A stretch of 35,320 nucleotides of DNA from Desulfobacterales bacterium CG23_combo_of_CG06-09_8_20_14_all_51_8 (GTDB taxonomy: Bacteria; Desulfobacterota; Desulfobacteria; Desulfobacterales; Desulfosalsimonadaceae): the NCBI GenBank assembly GCA_002772195.1, contig PCSG01000397.1, positions 1 through 35,320 on the forward strand. Reading direction: 5' to 3'. The notes below the pieces were generated by a model. It saw only the letters and a program-made list of their open reading frames with translations, ran no database searches and was not told the origin of the DNA. Of the stretch, positions 1 through 5,952 are shown one piece after another; the first letter of the stretch is position 1, and every line of letters starts with the position of its first letter. The position numbers and the translations under genes are program-made.

Positions 1-715
1 ATACTGGATGCACAATGGGTTTGTGAACATCAATCATGAGAAAATGTCCAAATCCCTGGGCAATTTTCTCATGATCAAGGATATTGTCAAAACCTGCCAT
101 CCCGAAGCCATCCGCCTGTTTCTCCTGTCCCACCATTACCGGACCCCCGTGGATTTTACGGACCAGGCCCTGAAAAATACGGAATCCGGTCTGGATAAAA
201 TTTATGCGCTTTTGGAGCGATGCGAAAAATTTCTGGGAGGTTTGCCGGGCAGGGAAGGGCAGGGAACTTTGGAAGATGCGGGTCATTCCTGGAAGGCTTT
301 TTGTGAGGCCATGAACGATGATTTCAATACGGCCCAGGCTATCGGCGTCCTCTATGATAGCGTGCGGAACCTCAACAAAATTTTGGATGTTGCGGAAAAA
401 GACGATGCTGGAAACACGGACCCGGAAAAAAATCGACGGACGGTTGCCACTGAATGCCTCGGCCTCCTGAAAATGGGCGATATTCTGGACATTCTGAGCC
501 TGCCGCCCGCAGAATATTTCGCCCGGAAAAAAGAAGCCGGCCTGGAACGCCGGTCAGTGGACCCGAAAATAATCGAAGCCCTGATCCAGGAGCGGAAGGA
601 CGCCCGAAAATCAAAGGATTTCAAGCGGGCTGACGAAATCCGGGATCAGTTGAAATCCATGAATATCGAAATCGAGGACCGGCCCGAGGGGACGGTGTGG
701 AAGGTGGTGTCCTAA
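1..715 (+). CDS. cysS: Cysteine--tRNA ligase, C-terminal part (5' end lies outside the window)
   Basis: The frame is open from the window edge. '..YWMHNGFVNINHEKMSKSLGNF' carries the class-I KMSKS signature in the context typical of CysS, followed by a helical C-terminal domain. Stop TAA at 713-715. Confidence 0.92.
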   Translation, partial: YWMHNGFVNINHEKMSKSLGNFLMIKDIVKTCHPEAIRLFLLSHHYRTPVDFTDQALKNTESGLDKIYALLERCEKFLGGLPGREGQGTLEDAGHSWKAFCEAMNDDFNTAQAIGVLYDSVRNLNKILDVAEKDDAGNTDPEKNRRTVATECLGLLKMGDILDILSLPPAEYFARKKEAGLERRSVDPKIIEALIQERKDARKSKDFKRADEIRDQLKSMNIEIEDRPEGTVWKVVS

Positions 716-1020
716 ATACCCCGCGAGAGCTTTTCTTCAAACCTGACTCTCTTTTGCAACCCTGTTTCGATAGGAACTTGTTATCCGATTCGAAAAACCC
801 CAAAAATGTTTCTCATGGAGACTTATGCCGATCCGCATAAGACGCTGTGATAAACCGATGTGTAAAGCGAAAAATCTGAAATTATAGTATGTTATTGTGT
901 TAAAGGGCATGTATTCAATAGCGTATTATGCGGACAGAGAATCAAAATTCGTTCGGTGACATCTCCGGCGAATATAGAATATAGTTTTGTTCAGAAAAAT
1001 GTTTTCAAGAGGGGGCAATA

Positions 1021-1290
1021 ATGGGTATCTTAACTGGATTGTTAGAAATAATTGGAGGCTCTGTCAAGGCAGATACCATAGATAGAGTAACAAGTGCAGG
1101 ATACTATGATGGAGAACATGGCAATCCACCGCAATGGGGGATCTTCGTAAAGGCGTCGTTGATTAGCGAGGAAAAAGCTGAAATGCTCAAACAATACTAT
1201 ACAGAAGCTTATAAACTTGGGCAGCAAAAAGCAGTTAGAAAAGAAATGGGGGGGAAAGCTTCTGTATTGTTGCCTCCAGATTCTCTATAG
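1021..1290 (+). CDS. Hypothetical 89-aa protein (no recognisable domain); first ORF of the AT-rich islet
   Basis: ATG is preceded by a strong SD-like 'GAGGGGG' (1010-1016). Composition is non-repetitive. It lies in the low-GC islet, upstream of attC-like site A. Confidence 0.5.
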   Translation: MGILTGLLEIIGGSVKADTIDRVTSAGYYDGEHGNPPQWGIFVKASLISEEKAEMLKQYYTEAYKLGQQKAVRKEMGGKASVLLPPDSL

Positions 1291-1372
1291 CATAGCTAAA
1301 AGAAAAAAAATATTTTTTGGGCCAGTACATTGAAAATGTATACAATAATTCTTTCGAAGGATTTGCACCCAA

Positions 1373-1427
1373 AAATAACCGCGTGGAGTCGGACTCGCTA
1401 CGTCGGCGCTCACGCGCAGCGTTATAC
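1373..1427 (+). repeat. attC-like imperfect hairpin A (AAATAAC ... GTTATAC)
   Basis: GC-rich 55-nt element within AT-rich sequence. AAC (1377-1379) and GTT (1421-1423) sit at the ends. Stem CGCGTG (1380-1385)/CACGCG (1411-1416), AG/CT, GAC (1392-1394)/GTC (1402-1404), with bulged bases (G1386, T1389). It ends 29 nt before the TTG start of the ATPase-TIR gene. Confidence 0.4.
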
Positions 1428-1456
1428 CTTTTAAAACACTATCTGGAGGAAATGAT

Positions 1457-2986
1457 TTGTCGAATTACACTCTTGAACAAGTATTTAACGAAGCTGCATT
1501 TCCAGAGGTGACTTTTGTTGAACCGACGAATTACAACTTCATCAAAGCATCCTTTAAGACACCAGGAAAGCACTTAACTATTTCAGGACCATCAGGAACT
1601 GGGAAAACAACACTTGTAAAACACCTTCTTAGAGAACTCAATGTGCTGGAGAAAGATGTTCTCTGGATAAACGGCAGACAATATTCAAATTTCGATTCTG
1701 GAATCATGCTTCTCGCTCAGGAGTTAACTGCCTCTCCGAACTTCGATGAGCTAACGGCACTAATTCAGTTGGTTAAATTCGTAGTGATCGACGACTTCCA
1801 TTTCATTAAGAAAGGTGCGCGTCTCGAAATCTCAAAAAATCTTAAGCTTTGGCATGAAAAAGGAGTTCGTTTCATAATCATAGGAATTGCGACATCAGCA
1901 GAGGAATTATACGGGGTCGATCCAGAACTTGGAATTCGAAACGATCCATTTGAACTAAAAACACAGGACGATGCATTTTGCCGAAAACTTCTTACAAATG
2001 GCTGCAATGCCCTTAATTTCAATTTTTCTAGTTCTTTGACTGAGGAAATTGTCTCAGCATCAAACGGAGTTCCGTCAATTGTTCATGTGATCGCTCGTGT
2101 TTGTTGTATTTCTGTTGGAATTGAGCGGACTCTCGAAGAACCGATGGAGATCGATCGAAGGCTTCGAGACTTGAAGGAAGAAATACTGCGGATTTTTCAT
2201 GGAAAGTACCGCGACAAGATAGTTGGGTTGGCAAAAGGTAAACAGCAAGCACGTTCAGTTCACAACACCTATTTTGACATCGTTGCCCAAATAGCGAGCT
2301 CAGCCTCATCGGAGCTGCCAACCGAAAAGCTGTATCGATCCATTGTCGGTATTATCGAGGATTCGAAGGAACGATCGAGAAAAGCTACTTCTTTCTACAA
2401 TTGCCTTAACAACCTTAGCGATGTCATAGAACAAAAAGGGCTAAGCGACATATTGCTTTTCCGGTCGGGCAGTACCTATATCTCAATAGAAGATCCAACA
2501 TTTAGATTCTATTTGAATTTATTGGATATAGAAGACATAAAGACAAGAATTCATCTACGAACGTCTGCATACCCTTATGATGTTGCAGTCTCTTTTGCAG
2601 GTAATGATCGCCCAACGGTAAAAAGCTTTGTTGACGCTTTAAAGGATCTTGGATTAAATGTTTTCTATGATTTCGACCAACAAGCATTGCTCTGGGGTAA
2701 AGACATACGCGCAAAATTAGCTGAAGTTTATGCAAACGAAGCACAATACATGGTTATTTTCCTTTCCGAATCTTATCCTGAGCGGGATTGGACCGATTTC
2801 GAGCTATCTATCGGAAAAGAGGCTGCGGAAAAAAGAACAGAAGAATACCTCCTTCCGCTACGCTTAGACGATGTTAAGGTTGTTGGGATGAAGTCGACGA
2901 CGGGCTATATAGACCTTAGACAAACTTCCGTCCAGGAAGTGGCTGCAATTCTTGCTGATAAAATTAATGTCAGTGGAAAAGTATAA
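1457..2986 (+). CDS. P-loop (AAA+/ORC-like) ATPase fused to a C-terminal TIR domain; candidate defence/abortive-infection protein
   Basis: TTG start with GGAGG 8 nt upstream (1444-1448). Walker A GPSGTGKTT (1586-1612). Walker B-like FVVIDD (1778-1795). C-terminal 'YDVAVSFAGNDR..VFYDFD..MVIFLSESYPERDWTDFELSIG' fits the TIR pattern. The stop TAA is embedded in the attC-B R'' box. Confidence 0.85.
   Translation: MSNYTLEQVFNEAAFPEVTFVEPTNYNFIKASFKTPGKHLTISGPSGTGKTTLVKHLLRELNVLEKDVLWINGRQYSNFDSGIMLLAQELTASPNFDELTALIQLVKFVVIDDFHFIKKGARLEISKNLKLWHEKGVRFIIIGIATSAEELYGVDPELGIRNDPFELKTQDDAFCRKLLTNGCNALNFNFSSSLTEEIVSASNGVPSIVHVIARVCCISVGIERTLEEPMEIDRRLRDLKEEILRIFHGKYRDKIVGLAKGKQQARSVHNTYFDIVAQIASSASSELPTEKLYRSIVGIIEDSKERSRKATSFYNCLNNLSDVIEQKGLSDILLFRSGSTYISIEDPTFRFYLNLLDIEDIKTRIHLRTSAYPYDVAVSFAGNDRPTVKSFVDALKDLGLNVFYDFDQQALLWGKDIRAKLAEVYANEAQYMVIFLSESYPERDWTDFELSIGKEAAEKRTEEYLLPLRLDDVKVVGMKSTTGYIDLRQTSVQEVAAILADKINVSGKV
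2576..2983 (+). other. TIR domain region of the ATPase-TIR protein (residues ~374-509)
   Basis: A betaA-like 'YDVAVSF' and 'S..Y..R.W...EL' resemble the canonical 'YDVFISF ... S..Y..S.WC..EL'. Glu449 (nt 2801-2803) sits where the catalytic Glu of NADase TIRs lies. Confidence 0.7.
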
Positions 2987-3040
2987 CAATTTGCTGCACG
3001 GGAGCGCAAAAAGCCGCGCCCCGTGAGCAACCCGTTGGGC
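2981..3040 (+). repeat. attC-like imperfect hairpin B (GTATAAC ... GTTGGGC)
   Basis: R''-like GTATAAC (2981-2987) and R'-like GTTGGGC (3034-3040, fits GTTRRRY). Short unpaired spacers AAT/CCC. Long stem TTGCT(G)CACGGG(A)GCGC / GCGCCCCGTGAGCAA with two extrahelical bases (G2996, A3003). Loop AAAAAGCC (3008-3015). Confidence 0.6.
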
Positions 3041-3054
3041 GTCGAAAAGACGGT

Positions 3055-3073
3055 CGAATGTATCAGTCATTCG
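3055..3073 (-). terminator. Possible weak terminator hairpin after higA
   Basis: CGAATG (3055-3060)/CATTCG (3068-3073) with a 7-nt loop, lying 9 nt past the higA-like stop on the minus strand. A TTTT run follows only after 6 nt, so this is not a textbook intrinsic terminator. Confidence 0.25.
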
Positions 3074-3081
3074 TTCAAATT

Positions 3082-3357
3082 TTACGACAGAGAAACATGT
3101 ATTTTTCGTCCCACGGCTTTGGCAAACTTTTCGAGTGTTGAAAGACGGATATCAGTGGCATGATTTTCCATACGAGAAACAACGGATTTTGTCGTTTTTA
3201 AACTTTTTGCAATTTGTTCCTGGGTCAGACCGGTTTCAAGACGAGCTTGCTTTAGCATGAGTCCAAGTTTAAAAGTCTCAAGGCGTTCGTCATAGCCGGA
3301 CCAGAATTTGGGATCTTGTTTCGCCCGCTTTTTTTTATATTTTTGGAAATCGCTCAT
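3082..3357 (-). CDS. higA: XRE-family helix-turn-helix antitoxin (HigA-like)
   Basis: 91 aa. 'LKQARLETGLTQEQIAKSLKTTKSVVSRMEN' is a classic Cro/C1-type HTH. It overlaps the upstream toxin gene by 4 nt, in toxin-first HigBA order. Confidence 0.82.
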   Translation of the reverse strand: MSDFQKYKKKRAKQDPKFWSGYDERLETFKLGLMLKQARLETGLTQEQIAKSLKTTKSVVSRMENHATDIRLSTLEKFAKAVGRKIHVSLS

Positions 3358-3707
3358 TTTTTAGCCTTTCGGTTATAATAATCTTTTTTGCGTTTTTCAG
3401 CAGTGGCAATTTCTTTTTGAGGTATTTGTTGAGATTTTTTGGTGAAACCATGATTCAAAATCACAAGATCTTTCCCATCCCAAAAACCCAATATTCGAAA
3501 TATGTTATTGCCTTGCTGTATCCTTACTTCCCAGATATCATCAGTGCCTTGAAGTTTCTTGAAGAATTTTCGAGGTACAATATCGAGTTGTTCTATGATA
3601 TCAAGCACAAATGCGACTTTCTCAAATTGTTTGTTTGACAGCGAATCGAAATATTCTTCAACAGGGCTTTTGCCTGTTTCGAATTTATAAAATTTGATTT
3701 TTCGCAT
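3354..3707 (-). CDS. higB: RelE/HigB-superfamily toxin (phage Gp49-like/DUF891 type)
   Basis: 117 aa. 'FYKFETGKSPVEEYFDSL...WEVRIQQGNNIFRILGFWDGKDLVILNHGFTKKSQQIPQKEI' matches the Gp49/HigB-type toxin pattern. It is translationally coupled to the HTH antitoxin. Confidence 0.82.
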   Translation of the reverse strand: MRKIKFYKFETGKSPVEEYFDSLSNKQFEKVAFVLDIIEQLDIVPRKFFKKLQGTDDIWEVRIQQGNNIFRILGFWDGKDLVILNHGFTKKSQQIPQKEIATAEKRKKDYYNRKAKK

Positions 3708-3734
3708 ATTTGTATGTTCGCATATGTGCGAACA
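3701..3734. promoter_or_regulatory. Candidate higBA operator: TTCGCATAT direct repeat plus an 8-bp inverted repeat
   Basis: TTCGCATAT occurs at 3701-3709 and 3717-3725. A perfect inverted repeat TGTTCGCA (3715-3722)/TGCGAACA (3727-3734) abuts the higB start codon (3705-3707), where TA autoregulation sites usually lie. Confidence 0.45.
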
Positions 3735-3761
3735 TTTTTCAAGGGTTTATTCTGAAAAACC

Positions 3762-3819
3762 GCACAACCAGGCACTGGTGCCGACCCAAAAAGCCGGGCG
3801 CTACAGTTCACCGTTCAAA
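3762..3819 (+). repeat. attC-like imperfect hairpin C (GCACAAC ... GTTCAAA)
   Basis: AAC (3766-3768) and GTT (3813-3815). 5-nt unpaired spacers CAGGC/TCACC. Stem ACTG/CAGT then GC(C)G(A)CCC/GGGCGC. The loop AAAAAGCC (3788-3795) is identical to the loop of site B. Confidence 0.42.
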
Positions 3820-3938
3820 AACCTTACAGAGAAAGATTATACAATCGTAATAATGATATCCGGAATTCAAACCTCTCAACTCCTGACACCCGAAACCTGA
3901 CACCTTCAACCCAATTTAAAATACTCATCCAGCCTGCC

Positions 3939-5945
3939 ATGCCCCTCTTCAAAATCATCTCCGACATGACCCCCAAGGGCGACCAACCCACGGCCATTGA
4001 GGCCATCAGCCAGGGCATTCGGGAAGGCAAACCTCACCAGGTCATGCTGGGGGTGACCGGTTCCGGCAAAACCTTTACCATGGCCCATATCATTGAGAAG
4101 GTGCAAAAACCCACCCTGATTCTGGCCCCGAACAAAACCCTGGCGGCCCAGCTTTACAATGAGTTTAAGGGCCTGTTCCCGGAAAATGCGGTGGAATATT
4201 TTGTCTCCTATTATGATTATTACCAGCCGGAAGCCTATCTTCCGGTTTCGGATACTTATATTCAGAAGGATTCGTCCATCAATGAAATAATCGACAAAAT
4301 GCGGCATTCCGCCACCCGGTCGGTGTTGTCCCGGCCTGATAGCCTGGTGGTGGCCAGCGTGTCCTGCATTTACGGCCTGGGCGCGCCTGAAGATTACGTC
4401 GCCATGCGCATCGAGCTGGAAAAGGACGCGGAGTTTTCAAGGGAGGAGTTACTCTCTCGGCTTGTGGAAATCCAGTATGAACGCAATGACATGGATTTTC
4501 ACCGTGGGGCCTTCCGGGTCCGGGGAGACCGGGTGGAAATTTTTCCCGCCTATGAGGAAGACACGGCCGTGCGTGTGGAATTTTTCGGGGACGCCATTGA
4601 CGGCCTGTTTGAGATCGATCCCCTGACCGGCAATCGAAAGAAGACCCTGAACCGGGTGCTGATTTATCCGGCCAGCCATTATGTGACGCATCAGCGCACC
4701 CGGGACCGCATCATCGCGGATGTGAACGCGGAACTAAAAGACCGCGTTGATTATTTTGTTCAAAACCGAAAACTCATCGAAGCCCAGCGCATTGAGGAAA
4801 GAACCGGTTTTGATCTGGAAATGATTCAGGAAATCGGGTACTGTAACGGCATTGAAAATTACGCCCGGCACATTACCGGCCGTGCCCCGGGCGAACCGCC
4901 GCCGACCCTGCTTGATTATTTTCCGGAAGATTTTCTGGTGTTTATTGATGAAAGCCACATTGCCGTGCCCCAGATCGGTGGCATGTACAAAGGGGACCGG
5001 TCCCGCAAGGAAACTCTGGTGGAATTCGGGTTCCGCCTGCCGTCGGCCTTGGACAACCGGCCCCTGCGCTTTGATGAATTCAGCGCAAAGGTGCCCCAGG
5101 TGGTTTATGTTTCCGCGACTCCGGCGGATTATGAACTGGAAAGAAGCAAGAGCGCGGTGCATGAACTCATCGTTCGGCCCACGGGACTCATCGATCCGCT
5201 GATCGAATTCCGGGACGCCAAGCGGCAGGTGGATGATCTGTATGATGAAATTCAGCTTCGCATCCAGAAAAAGGAACGGGTTCTGGTCACCACCCTGACC
5301 AAGCGCATGGCCGAAGATTTGACGGATTATTACACGGACCTGGGGATTGCGGTCAAATACCTGCATTCGGATATAAAGACCCTGGAGCGCCTTGAAATTA
5401 TACAAGAACTGCGCACCGGTGCGTTTGATGTGCTGATCGGCATCAACCTCCTGCGGGAAGGGCTGGACATTCCGGAAGTGTCCCTGGTGGCGATTCTGGA
5501 CGCGGATAAGGAAGGGTTTCTTCGCTCGGCCCGCTCCCTGATTCAGACCTGCGGCCGGGCCGCGCGGAATTTGAACGGCAAGGTGCTGATGTATGGCGAA
5601 ACCATAACGAAGTCCATGCAGAACGCTTATGATGAAACCATGCGCCGGCGGAAAATTCAGACCCAGTACAACCAGGATCATGGAATAACACCCGCGACAA
5701 TCATCAAAGAAATCTCCGGAGCGCTTTTGTCGCGGTTTTATCCCGCATCCGATGGACAGGCCGCCATGGAAGTGAACGAATCCATCGCTACCTATGCGTC
5801 CTATGAGAACATAGAGAAGCAGATTGCTTCTCTGGAGAAACAAATGAATGCCGCAGCCAAGGAGCTGGCGTTTGAACGAGCAGCGGAAATCCGGGACCGG
5901 ATCATTGCGTTAAAAAAATTGCAGGTTCTGGACTTTGAAACGTAG
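3939..5945 (+). CDS. uvrB: Excinuclease ABC subunit B
   Basis: 668 aa. '[12 protein letters not shown]', Walker A '[10 protein letters not shown]', helicase motifs, '[10 protein letters not shown]', and a C-terminal UVR motif '[11 protein letters not shown]'. Confidence 0.97.
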   Translation: MPLFKIISDMTPKGDQPTAIEAISQGIREGKPHQVMLGVTGSGKTFTMAHIIEKVQKPTLILAPNKTLAAQLYNEFKGLFPENAVEYFVSYYDYYQPEAYLPVSDTYIQKDSSINEIIDKMRHSATRSVLSRPDSLVVASVSCIYGLGAPEDYVAMRIELEKDAEFSREELLSRLVEIQYERNDMDFHRGAFRVRGDRVEIFPAYEEDTAVRVEFFGDAIDGLFEIDPLTGNRKKTLNRVLIYPASHYVTHQRTRDRIIADVNAELKDRVDYFVQNRKLIEAQRIEERTGFDLEMIQEIGYCNGIENYARHITGRAPGEPPPTLLDYFPEDFLVFIDESHIAVPQIGGMYKGDRSRKETLVEFGFRLPSALDNRPLRFDEFSAKVPQVVYVSATPADYELERSKSAVHELIVRPTGLIDPLIEFRDAKRQVDDLYDEIQLRIQKKERVLVTTLTKRMAEDLTDYYTDLGIAVKYLHSDIKTLERLEIIQELRTGAFDVLIGINLLREGLDIPEVSLVAILDADKEGFLRSARSLIQTCGRAARNLNGKVLMYGETITKSMQNAYDETMRRRKIQTQYNQDHGITPATIIKEISGALLSRFYPASDGQAAMEVNESIATYASYENIEKQIASLEKQMNAAAKELAFERAAEIRDRIIALKKLQVLDFET

Positions 5946-5952
5946 GCGAGCT

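Larger units (their letters stand above)
1373..3819 (+). mobile_element. Putative integron-type cassette array without integrase (CALIN-like): attC-A | ATPase-TIR cassette | attC-B | higBA cassette | attC-C
   Basis: Three AAC...GTT hairpins of 55-60 nt bound two gene units. GC content is visibly lower and codon choice different from the flanking cysS and uvrB. No tyrosine recombinase ORF is present in the window. Confidence 0.45.

Noticed and set aside
822-841. Perfect 7-bp hairpin CTTATGC-N6-GCATAAG downstream of cysS, considered as a fourth attC site or a terminator
   Set aside because: It is too short for an attC site and has no AAC/GTT ends or bulged stem. It also has no U-tract, so it is not a convincing intrinsic terminator. 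I found no attC-like element anywhere in 716-1020.
1317-1511. 64-aa ORF spanning attC-like site A and overlapping the ATPase-TIR start
   Set aside because: Its Arg/Ser-rich middle ('NNRVESDSLRRRSRAAL') is just the translation of the GC-rich hairpin. It has no RBS and overlaps a gene with a proper SD and start.
3820-3938. Search for a LexA/SOS box upstream of uvrB
   Set aside because: There is no CTGT-N8-ACAG-type palindrome and no other palindromic candidate. Only the direct repeat, reported separately, is present.
4734-5843. 369-aa ORF antisense to uvrB
   Set aside because: It lies entirely inside the well-supported uvrB frame. Its composition is Gly/Arg/Pro/Phe-rich, typical of a shadow frame opposite a GC-biased gene, and it has no motif or RBS.
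5935-5952. TTG start for uvrC overlapping the uvrB stop
   Set aside because: The ATG at 5953 gives the N-terminus 'MENTLALQLP..'. The 6 extra residues (MKRRRA) are not needed for the GIY-YIG domain. It is kept only as an alternative.
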